Positions 8,144 through 16,706 of a DNA stretch of 22,460 nt are shown piece by piece; positions within the stretch are counted from its first letter, which is position 1; every line of letters starts with the position of its first letter. Position numbers and translations under genes: made by a program. The notes under the pieces were generated by a model. The model saw only the letters and a list, made by a program, of their open reading frames with translations. It was not told where the DNA came from and ran no database searches. The stretch comes from Candidatus Methylomirabilia bacterium (lineage in GTDB: Bacteria > Methylomirabilota > Methylomirabilia > Rokubacteriales > CSP1-6), in the NCBI GenBank assembly GCA_046758965.1, contig JBHIBG010000041.1, forward strand, positions 1-22,460, given 5' to 3'.

Positions 8144-9886
8144 TCAGGCGACAAGGGTCACCCTCAGGATTTCGTCCATCGTGCTGACCCCGTCGATCAC
8201 CTTCTGGAGCCCGGCCTCCCTGAGCGTCTTCATCCCTTGCTGCCGAGCGACCTCGCGCAGCTCAGCTGTCGAGGCGTTTTTCAGGATCAGGTCGCGGATC
8301 TCCGCGGTTACAGGCAGCACCTCATAGATGGCGACCCGACCCTTCATCCCGGTGTAGTTGCAGGTCTGGCACCCCTTGCCCTTGTAAAAGGTGCACGTGC
8401 CGAGGCCCTGCAAGGTGTGGCCGTACGGCGCAAGAGTCTCCTCGTCGGCCTCGTAGGGCGCCTTGCACCCCGGGCAGACCTTTCGGGCCAGGCGCTGGGC
8501 CACCACCAGGATGAGCGAGGAGGAGAGAAGGAACGAGGGGATCCCCATGTCGAGAAGCCTGGCGATGGTGGAGGGGCTGTCGTTGGTGTGGAGCGTGGTG
8601 AAGACCAGATGGCCCGTGAGCGCCGCTCGGATAGAGATCTGGGCGGTCTCCAGGTCCCGGGTCTCCCCCACCAGGATCACGTCCGGATCCTGGCGGAGGA
8701 AGGAGCGGAGGGCAGCGGCGAACGTCCGCCCGATCTCCTCCTTGATCTGGACCTGGTTGACTCCCTTGAGGTTGTACTCCACCGGGTCCTCGGCCGTCAT
8801 GATGTTGAGGTCCGGCGAGTTCACCGTGTGAATAGCCGAGTAGAGCGTGGTCGTCTTCCCCGACCCCGTGGGGCCGGTGATCATGATCATCCCGTACGGG
8901 TTGTGGATCGCCTTGGTGAACGCCTCGAGGCTCGGCGGGTCAAACCCCAGCTGGCTCAGGTCCAGCTGGAGCGCCTCTTTATCCAGGATCCGCATCACGA
9001 CTTTCTCGCCGAAGATGGTGGGCAGCGTGGAGACGCGCAAGTCGATCTCTCGGGTCGAGTAGCGAAGCTTGATCCGGCCATCCTGGGGGAGCCGGCGTTC
9101 GGCAATGTCCAGATTGGACATGATCTTGATCCGGGAGACGATGGCGGGCTCCAGGCGCTTGGGCGGGGCCATCACCTCGTGGAGCACGCCGTCAACCCTG
9201 AACCGGACTCGGAACACCTTCTCGTACGGCTCGAAGTGGACATCGGATGCGCCCCGCCGGATGCCGTCAACCAGGATCATGTTGACCAGCTTGACGACGG
9301 GGGCCTCGTCGGCGGACTCCTTCAGCTCTAAGATATCCAGCTTGGGCGCAACCTCGTCCTCACCCACCACCTCGACGGGCCCGGCCTCCTCGATGGCCGA
9401 GAGCACCTCGTTCAGCATGATCGAGCCATCCTCCCGGGGCTCGTAGACCCGCTCGATGGCCTTGCGAATGGCGCTCTGGGAGGCCACCACGGGGAGCACC
9501 TGGAGGTTCGTCATAAAAGCCACATCGTCAAGGGCGAAGACATTGGTCGGGTCCGCCATGGCCAGGGTGAGGGTGTTGTCCACCCGCTTGACCGGAAGGA
9601 CCTCGTACTTCTTGGCGATATTGGTCGGGACCAGCTTGGCGACCTCGGGCTCGATATCCAGCTGGGTGAGCGTGAGGGAGGGAATCCCATACTGGTGGGA
9701 GAGAAAGCCAACCAGCTTGTCTTCGTTGACCATCCCCAGGCGCACAAGCACGCTCCCCAGCTTGTCCGTGGACGCCTTTTGCTCCTTCAGGGCGTGCTGC
9801 AGCTGGGCCTCGCTGATGAGGCCCTCAGCCACCAGAAGGTCGCCCAAGCGGCGGCTCGCGGGTTGTCCAAATCTCGTTTCGCTCAT
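8144..9886 (-). CDS. pilB: Pilus extension ATPase PilB with N-terminal MshEN domain
   Basis: MshEN repeats, ERRLPQDG, GPTGSGKTT, AEDPVE, RQDPD and Zn ligands CPGC/CQTC. Confidence 0.95.
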   Translation of the reverse strand: MSETRFGQPASRRLGDLLVAEGLISEAQLQHALKEQKASTDKLGSVLVRLGMVNEDKLVGFLSHQYGIPSLTLTQLDIEPEVAKLVPTNIAKKYEVLPVKRVDNTLTLAMADPTNVFALDDVAFMTNLQVLPVVASQSAIRKAIERVYEPREDGSIMLNEVLSAIEEAGPVEVVGEDEVAPKLDILELKESADEAPVVKLVNMILVDGIRRGASDVHFEPYEKVFRVRFRVDGVLHEVMAPPKRLEPAIVSRIKIMSNLDIAERRLPQDGRIKLRYSTREIDLRVSTLPTIFGEKVVMRILDKEALQLDLSQLGFDPPSLEAFTKAIHNPYGMIMITGPTGSGKTTTLYSAIHTVNSPDLNIMTAEDPVEYNLKGVNQVQIKEEIGRTFAAALRSFLRQDPDVILVGETRDLETAQISIRAALTGHLVFTTLHTNDSPSTIARLLDMGIPSFLLSSSLILVVAQRLARKVCPGCKAPYEADEETLAPYGHTLQGLGTCTFYKGKGCQTCNYTGMKGRVAIYEVLPVTAEIRDLILKNASTAELREVARQQGMKTLREAGLQKVIDGVSTMDEILRVTLVA

Positions 9887-9901
9887 ATCAGGGGCAACCT
9901 T

Positions 9902-9910
9902 ATTATACCC
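9902..9910 (-). promoter_or_regulatory. Perfect -10 box (GGGTATAAT) overlapping the macrodomain stop codon; possible internal pilB promoter
   Basis: TATAAT at 9907..9902, 15 nt before the pilB ATG. No convincing -35 and no SD. Confidence 0.45.
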
Positions 9911-10436
9911 TACAAAACCGTGTCACGGCATCGCAAAAAGCTTTGTAGGCCTCCTCCTGGTAGAGGACGAACACGACTTTCTTGAGGCTCGTGCCGGGGG
10001 ACTTCAGGTGATCTAGGAGCACCCCTACCATGGTCTCGGCCGCCTGGGGAGCAGGAAACCCGCCGATTCCCGTTCCCAGGGCCGGGAAAGCGAGGGAAGA
10101 GAGCCTACGCTTCTCGGCGATAGCCAGAGTCGAGCGGATGGCTTGGGCGATCTTCTGCGCGTCGGTTTTCAGGTCCTCGCCCATGGCGGCGGCATGGATC
10201 ACGTGGGTCGCGGCCAGGTTGCCCGCCGTGGTGAGCACCGCCTCGCCCACCTCGATCGGGCCCTGCTGGACCGCCTCGTCTTCGATGATGACACCGCCCC
10301 GACGCTTGATGCTGCCCGCCACCCCGGCTCCCATCCACAGCTGGGAGTTCGCCGCGTTCACGATGGCGTCCACCTCCCAGTCGGTGATATCCCCTCGTTC
10401 GATAAGGAGTTCGGTCTTGCCAACTTTCACTTTCAT
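9903..10436 (-). CDS. Macrodomain protein (ADP-ribose binding/hydrolysing)
   Basis: GDIT, DAIVNAAN, MGAGVAGSI, VIHA and AFPALGTGIGGF. Start overlaps the mazG stop (TGATG). Confidence 0.92.
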   Translation of the reverse strand: MKVKVGKTELLIERGDITDWEVDAIVNAANSQLWMGAGVAGSIKRRGGVIIEDEAVQQGPIEVGEAVLTTAGNLAATHVIHAAAMGEDLKTDAQKIAQAIRSTLAIAEKRRLSSLAFPALGTGIGGFPAPQAAETMVGVLLDHLKSPGTSLKKVVFVLYQEEAYKAFCDAVTRFCRV

Positions 10437-11257
10437 CAGCCGGCCACCCTCGGTTCAGAATCTCCGCCGTCCGCGGCCTTCACTCGCTCCCAGATGCGGT
10501 CAAGCTCTTCCAGCGGCGCCTCCGAGAGGGAACGGCCGCCTCCGGTCACCGCGGCCTCCATGCGGGTGAAGCGAGACCTGAATTTCTCCACTGCTTGCTG
10601 GAGAACCCCCTCGGCGTCGAGCCCGAGGAGGCGTGCCACGTTCACGAGAGAGAAGAGGAGGTCGCCGAGCTCCTGCCGGGTGCGAACCCGATCGCCCTGG
10701 CTCAGGGCCTGCTCCACCTCTGACACCTCCTCCTTGACTTTCTCCCAGGCGGCCTCGGGGGTCGGCCAATCAAAGCCCGCACGGGCGGCCTTGGAGGTCA
10801 GCCGCTGGGCGCGGAGGAGCGCGGGGAGAGTTCGTGGGACCCCGTCCAACACCGAACGACGGGCGCCGCCTCGAGTCGCCTCGGCATGCTTGATGGCCTC
10901 CCACTGCGTGAGGGCCTCCCCGGCGGAGCCGACGGTGCGATCGCCGAAGACGTGCGGGTGACGTCGGATCATCTTCTCCACCAGCTGTTGGAGCACCTCG
11001 GTCATGCTGAACTCGCCGAGCTCGCGCGCCAGCTGGGCGTGGAAGACGACCTGGAAAAGCAGGTCTCCGAACTCCTCCAGAAGGGCCCCCCGCTGGCCTG
11101 AATCAAGCGCCTCAAGCACCTCGTACGCCTCCTCAAGCAGAAAGGGTCTGAGGGACTCACGGGTCTGCTCGCGATCCCACGGGCAGCCCCCAGGCCCGCG
11201 GAGGCGCGCCATCAGCTCAAGAAGCGAATCGAAGAGGGCTCCAGCGGAGTCAGGCAT
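10436..11257 (-). CDS. mazG: Nucleoside triphosphate pyrophosphohydrolase MazG (tandem domain)
   Basis: GCPWDREQT, EEAYEV, EEFGDLL, KMIRRHPHVF, GFDWP and ELGDLLF. Start taken as ATG 11257, because the upstream TTG segment holds -10 boxes. Confidence 0.93.
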   Translation of the reverse strand: MPDSAGALFDSLLELMARLRGPGGCPWDREQTRESLRPFLLEEAYEVLEALDSGQRGALLEEFGDLLFQVVFHAQLARELGEFSMTEVLQQLVEKMIRRHPHVFGDRTVGSAGEALTQWEAIKHAEATRGGARRSVLDGVPRTLPALLRAQRLTSKAARAGFDWPTPEAAWEKVKEEVSEVEQALSQGDRVRTRQELGDLLFSLVNVARLLGLDAEGVLQQAVEKFRSRFTRMEAAVTGGGRSLSEAPLEELDRIWERVKAADGGDSEPRVAG

Positions 11258-11270
11258 GTTCAGGACACTG

Positions 11271-11290
11271 ATTCTAAAAGCATTATACCC
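11271..11290 (-). promoter_or_regulatory. Two -10-like boxes for mazG: GGGTATAAT and TAGAAT
   Basis: TATAAT at 11287..11282 and TAGAAT at 11276..11271, in an AT-rich patch. No clear -35. Confidence 0.5.
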
Positions 11291-11338
11291 CAAAAGGAGC
11301 GGTCCCGACTCGATCGGTCCCCTCGCCCAGGTCCTTCC

Positions 11339-11368
11339 TTGGCACTCCGGCAGGCCCCGTGCTAGACT
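11339..11368 (+). promoter_or_regulatory. Sigma70 promoter of the DUF1844 gene with an overlapping CIRCE-like operator
   Basis: TTGGCA-N18-TAGACT with an extended TG. TTGGCACTC-N9-CCGTGCTAG (11339-11365) versus CIRCE TTAGCACTC-N9-GAGTGCTAA gives 8/9 + 6/9. Confidence 0.55.
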
Positions 11369-11459
11369 TCCGGCAGCAGCCCTTGGGACCCCTCCCGGGT
11401 GCTTCTCCAGGCCTTAAGCTATGCACAGATCGTTCCAACGCTTGAGCTGAGGTGCCAAG

Positions 11460-11876
11460 GTGTCCAACGAAGCGGCGGAGGAGGGATTCACAGTCATAGA
11501 CAGGCGCGGGCGCCCCGACCAACCAGACGAGCCCAAGGCGCCCAGTGCCGAGCAGTCACCTCCGCAGGCCCCGCAACCCCCCTCCAGCGCTCGAGCCGCT
11601 CGGCGGCCTTCGGCCCCGCAGGACGTCTCCGAGCCCGACCTGACCGCCCTCTTCCTCATGCTGGCCAGCTCTGTGCTGATCCACCTCGGAGTCACACCGG
11701 ACCCGATGAGCGGAACGGGCCAACGGGACCTGGCTCAGGCGAAGCTCTCGATCGATCTGCTCCGCCTGCTCAGAGAGAAAACCGAGGGCCACCGGACAGC
11801 GAAGGAGAGCGAACTCCTGGCGGAGATCCTTCACGATCTGCAGCTCCGGTTCGTCGAGGCCATGGAAGGCCGCTGA
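11460..11876 (+). CDS. DUF1844-like protein of unknown function
   Basis: N-terminal GFTVIDRR, a Pro-rich linker, then HLG..PDP...DLAQAKLSIDLLRLLREKTEG...LQLRFV. GTG start with GAGGTG SD. Confidence 0.8.
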   Translation: MSNEAAEEGFTVIDRRGRPDQPDEPKAPSAEQSPPQAPQPPSSARAARRPSAPQDVSEPDLTALFLMLASSVLIHLGVTPDPMSGTGQRDLAQAKLSIDLLRLLREKTEGHRTAKESELLAEILHDLQLRFVEAMEGR

Positions 11877-12527
11877 TTACCGAGGCCTGGTGGTGACGAC
11901 GACCCGTCCTTCCTCCACCTCAACGCTTTGAATGACGTTCGGGACAGCCCAGCGGAACAACTCTCGTCCAACGATCCAGGAGAGGACCCGAGCGCTCATA
12001 ACGTGAGCGCCGATGCGGAACATAGTCGGCTCAATACGCAAGTACTCCTGCCTTTTGCCGAACCGCCCACTCTCAAGCCGCACCCGCGCCTGCATCACCA
12101 CCCAGACCGGGCGATCCATTTCGGAGGCCGGGAGGTAGCCGACGATGTAGTTGAACGGGACAGCCCGCGCAAGTGATCGGAGCCGGGTCTGCCCCTGGAG
12201 ACTCAGTCCCCCGGGGATGAGCTTGACCCGAAGGTTAGAGAACGGAATCCCCCTGCTCTCCTCGAGGTGGCGGGAGAGGAACGCGTTGAGCTGTTTCTCA
12301 GTGAACACGAGGGGCTGTGTCTGCGAAGAGACGTTCCGGTCCCTCAGCACGATCTCGAGCATCTTGCGCTGAGCCCGCAAGCCATCTGCGGCTGTTCCCA
12401 AAGGCTCGGGGGGGCGATCGGGGAGGTAAAAGATATTCATCGAGTAGATCAGCCCGCCCGCGAGGACCACTCCCAGACCGAGAACGACGACAAAGAGGAT
12501 CACGCAGCCAACGTAACGAAGCCGCAC
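11877..12527 (-). CDS. Hypothetical N-terminally membrane-anchored protein (possibly LmeA/YpmS-like beta-rich fold)
   Basis: One hydrophobic N-terminal helix, a FTEKQLNAFL motif, amphipathic beta strands, and its own promoter. The family guess is weak. Confidence 0.7.
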   Translation of the reverse strand: MRLRYVGCVILFVVVLGLGVVLAGGLIYSMNIFYLPDRPPEPLGTAADGLRAQRKMLEIVLRDRNVSSQTQPLVFTEKQLNAFLSRHLEESRGIPFSNLRVKLIPGGLSLQGQTRLRSLARAVPFNYIVGYLPASEMDRPVWVVMQARVRLESGRFGKRQEYLRIEPTMFRIGAHVMSARVLSWIVGRELFRWAVPNVIQSVEVEEGRVVVTTRPR

Positions 12528-12533
12528 GGATCC

Positions 12534-12580
12534 ACTCTATCAACCTCAAGGTGAAAAATTCAATAAAAAATAAACATTTA
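12534..12580 (-). promoter_or_regulatory. Sigma70 promoter with UP element, predicting a leaderless mRNA
   Basis: TTGAAT(12563..12558)-N18-TAGAGT(12539..12534) with TGn extension and A/T tract upstream. GTG start is 6 nt after the -10. Confidence 0.6.
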
Positions 12581-12657
12581 TCCTCATAGCGCGCCGATGT
12601 TGATGGTCGCTGAGGAAGATGATCTTCGGCGTGTATTGTAAGATATTTTGGATGAGA

Positions 12658-12687
12658 CTTGACAAAGGCATACTCATGCGCTATACA
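12658..12687 (+). promoter_or_regulatory. Sigma70 promoter of the hsp20-dnaK operon with an overlapping HAIR-like (HspR) operator
   Basis: TTGACA(12659-64)-N17-TATACA(12682-87). CTTGACA-N7-ACTCATG (12658-12678) versus HAIR CTTGAGT-N7-ACTCAAG gives 11/14. Confidence 0.78.
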
Positions 12688-12733
12688 GATACTAGACGGG
12701 TAACACACACGACCTTTGGAGGGAGGGATGGTT

Positions 12734-13207
12734 ATGGCAGTCGAGCTTTGGCGTCCATTTGGCAGGACTCCCGAGCGTTGGGAGCCGTTCAGGGAGCTCA
12801 GGGAGATCCGGGCCGAGATGAGTACTCTCTTTGACGCCTTCTTTGGTCGCCCGGTTCGGGTCGGCGCCATGGACCGGATCTGGGCCCCACTTGTGGACCT
12901 CCACGAGACCGAGCATGAGCTAGTGGTCTCGGCGGAGCTGCCGGGGGTGAAGGAGAAGGAGATCCGGGTCACGATCACCGGCGATCTCCTGACCATCAGA
13001 GCCGAACGCTCCGAGGAGCGTGACGTCAAAGAGGAGCACTACCACCGGCTGGAGCGGTTCTTCGGGAAGTTCGAACGGAACATCACCCTCCCGCTCCCGG
13101 TCCGGAGCGACAAGGTGAAGGCCAGCTACCGGCACGGGGTGCTGGAGATTCGCCTGCCGAAGGCCGAGGAAGTCAAGCCAAAGGAGATCAAGATCGACGT
13201 CATGTAA
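12734..13207 (+). CDS. Small heat-shock protein Hsp20 (alpha-crystallin)
   Basis: WAPLVDL, AELPGV, ERFFGKFERNITLP, ASYRHGVLEIRLPK and a C-terminal IKI motif. ATG 12734 lies 6 nt after GGAGGG. Confidence 0.94.
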   Translation: MAVELWRPFGRTPERWEPFRELREIRAEMSTLFDAFFGRPVRVGAMDRIWAPLVDLHETEHELVVSAELPGVKEKEIRVTITGDLLTIRAERSEERDVKEEHYHRLERFFGKFERNITLPLPVRSDKVKASYRHGVLEIRLPKAEEVKPKEIKIDVM

Positions 13208-13221
13208 GGGGAGCTGGACGA

Positions 13222-13258
13222 CGCCTGCGCTGGCGATGCCGGATTGCCGGCGCAGGCG
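13222..13258 (+). other. 16-bp GC-rich intergenic hairpin without a U-tract
   Basis: CGCCTGCGCTGGCGAT-GCCGG-ATTGCCGGCGCAGGCG. The two non-Watson-Crick pairs are G-U only on the + strand transcript. Confidence 0.7.
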
Positions 13259-13330
13259 CACAGCCACAGCAGAGAATCTCACGGCCCCATAAACCTCGAG
13301 AAACAGAGACCGAGCAGGGGAGAATACGGT

Positions 13331-15247
13331 ATGGCCAAGGTAATCGGCATCGACCTGGGGACAACAAACTCAGTCGTGGCGGTGATGGAAGCGGGTGATC
13401 CGGTCGTGATTCCCAGCCAGGAGGGGAGTCGCCTGACGCCCTCGGTGGCGGGGTTCACCAAGGACGGCGAGATCCTAGTCGGGCAGGTGGCGAAGCGGCA
13501 GGCCATCACCAACCCCGAGAACACGATCTTCTCCATCAAGCGCTTCATGGGCCGCCGGTACGACGAGGTACTCCGAGAAATCAAGCTGGTTCCCTACAAG
13601 GTGGTGCGGGCAGACAATAGCGATGCCCGCGTTGAGGCCCGAGGAAAGGTATACCCCCCCCCAGAGATCTCCGCCATGGTGCTCCGCAAGCTCAAGGAGG
13701 CCGCCGAGGCCTACCTGGGGGAGAAGGTCACCACGGCCGTCATCACGACCCCTGCCTACTTCAACGACAGCCAACGCCAGGCCACCAAGGACGCGGGAAA
13801 GATCGCCGGGCTGGACGTGCTCCGGATCATCAACGAACCGACGGCAGCGTCTCTCGCATACGGGATGGATAAGAAAGAGGACCAGACGATCGCCGTGTAC
13901 GATCTGGGTGGCGGGACCTTCGACATCTCGATCCTCGAGATCGGGGAGGGGGTCTTTGAGGTCAAGGCCACCAACGGCGATACCCACCTGGGCGGCGATG
14001 ACTTCGACCAGCAGGTCATCGACTGGATCGCCGATGAGTTCAGGAAAGAGCACGGCATCGACCTCCGGAAGGACCGGATGGCGTTGCAGCGACTCAAAGA
14101 GGCGGCCGAGAAGGCCAAGTGCGAGCTCTCCACGACGCTGCAGACCGAAATCAACCTCCCCTTCATCACGGCGGACGCCTCCGGACCCAAGCACCTGGTG
14201 ATGACGCTCACCCGGGCCAAGCTCGAGGCCCTGGTCGCCGAGCTGATCGAGCGGAGTATCGGACCGTGCCGGCAGGCCATGCAGGATGCCGGCGTGACCG
14301 CAAAAGAGATCGACGAAGTCGTCCTGGTGGGCGGCCAGACGCGAATGCCCAAGGTCCAGGAGACCGTGCGTCACCTCTTCGGCAAGGAGCCCCACAAGGG
14401 GGTGAACCCGGACGAGGTGGTGGCCGTGGGAGCGGCCATTCAGGCCGCGGTGCTCACCGGCGAGGTCAAGGACCTCCTGCTCCTCGATGTCACCCCTCTG
14501 TCGTTGGGGATCGAGACATTGGGCGGCGTGATGACCACGCTGATCCCGCGGAACACGACCATCCCCACCAAGAAGAGCGAGATCTTCACCACGGCAGCGG
14601 ACAACCAGACCTCCGTGGAGGTTCACGTGCTCCAGGGGGAGCGTCCCATGGCGCGCGACAACCGGACCCTGGGAAAGTTCCACCTGATCGGGGTCCCACC
14701 GGCGCCGCGCGGGGTACCGCAGATCGAGGTGACGTTCGACATCGACGCCAACGGCATCCTCAACGTGTCGGCAAAGGACACAGCCACGGGCAAGGAGCAG
14801 GCCATTACTATCACCGCCTCTTCCGGACTCATCAAGGAGGAGGTCGAGCGGATGGTCAAGGACGCCGAGGCCCACGCCGCGGAAGACGCTAAGCGGAGGC
14901 AGGAGATCGAGGTCAAGAACCAGGCGGACTCTTTGGTCTACACGACGGAACGGATGCTCCGGGAGCACGGGGACAAGATCCCCGAGGCGGACAAGAAGGG
15001 CGTCGAGGAGGCTGTTCGGGAGACTCGAGAGGCCCTACAGGGGTCCGATCTGGAGCGGATCAAGCGGGCCCAGGAGGGCCTGACCCGAGCCTCTCACAAG
15101 CTGGCAGAGATCATGTACCGGGAGGCTCAGACCAAGGCGCAGGCTGGCCCCGCCGCGGCCTCGTCTCAGGATGAAGGAAAGGCGGCCGAGGGCGAAGTCG
15201 TGGACGCGGAGTTCGAGGATCTGGGGGAGAAGGGCGACAGGAAGTAG
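13331..15247 (+). CDS. dnaK: Chaperone DnaK (Hsp70)
   Basis: [50 protein letters not shown] and VVDAEFE. Start at ATG 13331. Confidence 0.98.
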   Translation: MAKVIGIDLGTTNSVVAVMEAGDPVVIPSQEGSRLTPSVAGFTKDGEILVGQVAKRQAITNPENTIFSIKRFMGRRYDEVLREIKLVPYKVVRADNSDARVEARGKVYPPPEISAMVLRKLKEAAEAYLGEKVTTAVITTPAYFNDSQRQATKDAGKIAGLDVLRIINEPTAASLAYGMDKKEDQTIAVYDLGGGTFDISILEIGEGVFEVKATNGDTHLGGDDFDQQVIDWIADEFRKEHGIDLRKDRMALQRLKEAAEKAKCELSTTLQTEINLPFITADASGPKHLVMTLTRAKLEALVAELIERSIGPCRQAMQDAGVTAKEIDEVVLVGGQTRMPKVQETVRHLFGKEPHKGVNPDEVVAVGAAIQAAVLTGEVKDLLLLDVTPLSLGIETLGGVMTTLIPRNTTIPTKKSEIFTTAADNQTSVEVHVLQGERPMARDNRTLGKFHLIGVPPAPRGVPQIEVTFDIDANGILNVSAKDTATGKEQAITITASSGLIKEEVERMVKDAEAHAAEDAKRRQEIEVKNQADSLVYTTERMLREHGDKIPEADKKGVEEAVRETREALQGSDLERIKRAQEGLTRASHKLAEIMYREAQTKAQAGPAAASSQDEGKAAEGEVVDAEFEDLGEKGDRK

Positions 15248-15268
15248 CGCCCCGAGACGGCCACCGCG

Positions 15269-16303
15269 ATGCGACGCGATTACTACGCAGTGTTGGGAGT
15301 CGCGGTCAGCTCCACGGAGCGGGAGATCCGCGAGGCTTTCCGGAGGCTGGCGCGTCAGTACTCGCCCGACGTCAACCTGTGGGATCGCGACGCCCGGTCG
15401 CTCTTCGAGGAGATCGCCGGGGCGTATCGGATCCTGGGCGATCCGGCTACCCGCTCGCTCTACGACCGCTACGGGCACCGGGCATTTCACGAGGAGGGCG
15501 AGAGGGAGGGAAAGGCCGGCGGCGGCGCGGTGCGCGGCGATGATCTCCACCTTCCGGTGGACCTCAGCTTCGCCGATGCCGCGCGGGGAGTCTCGCTCAC
15601 GGTGGAGGCGACCCGCTTCTCACCGTGTCCCGAGTGCGGGGCGTCGGGCTGTCGGCAGGGCGTGGCACCCGAAACCTGCCCGCGCTGCGAAGGGGTGGGC
15701 GCGACCTGGATCGGGGCGAGAGGCGGGCCCGAGCCCTGCCTGAGCTGTCACGGCCTCGGCCAGCGGGTAGCCGATCCCTGCCCGGCCTGCGGGGGCCGAG
15801 GGGTCAGCCCGAGAGCGGCGAAGATCGATGTGGTGATCCCCGCGGGCGTGGACACCGGGGTGCAGCTGCGGGTGCCGCGCGAGGGGCACGCCGGCCCGTT
15901 CGGGGGGCCTCGGGGAGACCTGATCGTCATCACACGCGTGGCCCTCCACCCATTCTTCACGCGCAAGGGCGACAACCTCCACTGCGAGGTTCCGGTGACC
16001 CTCACGGAGGCGGTGCTCGGGGCGCGCATCCACATCCCGACCCTCGAGGGCCAAGCCGCCCTCGTGCTCCCCTCTGGCTCCCAGGCCGGGCAGAGCTTCC
16101 GCCTGCGAGGCAGAGGGCTGCCCAAGCTTTCGGGCGAGGGGCGCGGGGACCTCTACGTGACGATTAAGGTGCTGATTCCCAGGGGGTTGGACGCGCGGAC
16201 CCAGGAGATCTTCCGCGAGGTCGGACGGCTGATCCCTGATGACCCACGGGCCGGTCTCCTCGCCTTCAGCCGAGAGGCAGCTCGCGCGGAGGGACGACGG
16301 TGA
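15269..16303 (+). CDS. dnaJ: DnaJ-like co-chaperone, atypical (SPD instead of HPD, no G/F region, Zn finger retained)
   Basis: DYYAVLGV...RLARQYSPD...YDRYG, four CxxCxxxG repeats, and DnaJ C-terminal domains (IPAGVD, GDLYV). Confidence 0.85.
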   Translation: MRRDYYAVLGVAVSSTEREIREAFRRLARQYSPDVNLWDRDARSLFEEIAGAYRILGDPATRSLYDRYGHRAFHEEGEREGKAGGGAVRGDDLHLPVDLSFADAARGVSLTVEATRFSPCPECGASGCRQGVAPETCPRCEGVGATWIGARGGPEPCLSCHGLGQRVADPCPACGGRGVSPRAAKIDVVIPAGVDTGVQLRVPREGHAGPFGGPRGDLIVITRVALHPFFTRKGDNLHCEVPVTLTEAVLGARIHIPTLEGQAALVLPSGSQAGQSFRLRGRGLPKLSGEGRGDLYVTIKVLIPRGLDARTQEIFREVGRLIPDDPRAGLLAFSREAARAEGRR

Positions 16304-16689
16304 GAGACAAAGCGAAGCCCCTCTACACGATCGGGGTGGCCGCGAACATGCTCAAGCTCCACCCCCAAACGCTCCGCCTCTATGAACGCAAGGAATTGAT
16401 CAGGCCGAGCCGCACCGTGGGGCGGACGCGGATGTACTCAGAGGAGGACGTGCAGGAGGTTGCCCGCGTCATCCGCTTGACCCGGGACCTGGGAGTGAAT
16501 CTCGCGGGCGTAGAGATCATCCTCAAGATGAGGCGACAGATGATCGCGATGCAGAAACAGATCGAGGACCTGCTGGCCTACGTGCGCGACGAGCCGCGAC
16601 CCCGCACCGGGGGTCACCGTGAGCGCGAGGCCCGCGAGGCCCTCGTGCTGGCCGCCTCGGGCCAGCTGAAACCTCTCGACCTGTTCTAG
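16300..16689 (+). CDS. hspR: Heat-shock repressor HspR (MerR family)
   Basis: YTIGVAA..HPQTLRLYER..PSRT..RMYS..LTRDLGVNLAGV, with a hydrophobic ALV tail. GTGA overlap with dnaJ. Confidence 0.85.
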   Translation: MRDKAKPLYTIGVAANMLKLHPQTLRLYERKELIRPSRTVGRTRMYSEEDVQEVARVIRLTRDLGVNLAGVEIILKMRRQMIAMQKQIEDLLAYVRDEPRPRTGGHREREAREALVLAASGQLKPLDLF

Positions 16690-16706
16690 GAGGACAGGAG
16701 GAGATA

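Noticed and set aside
9903..11257. MazG + macrodomain as a toxin-antitoxin or defence island (DarTG-like)
   Set aside because: No toxin or ADP-ribosyltransferase is present, MazG is the housekeeping tandem type, and there are no mobility signs.
11340..11355. TGGCAC as a sigma54 -24 box
   Set aside because: The GC falls one base off the required GG-N10-GC spacing; sigma70/CIRCE fits better.
11441..11459. CTTGAGC...CCAAG as a second HAIR; also the half-site CTCAAG at 12545-12550
   Set aside because: The spacing is 2 nt too short in the first, and the second has no partner arm.
13285..13292. CCCCATAA as a sigma32 -10 box before dnaK
   Set aside because: No CTTGAA-like -35 at the proper distance.
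13475..14968. 497-aa ORF antisense to dnaK
   Set aside because: Familiar antisense shadow ORF of dnaK in GC-rich genomes, produced by codon bias.
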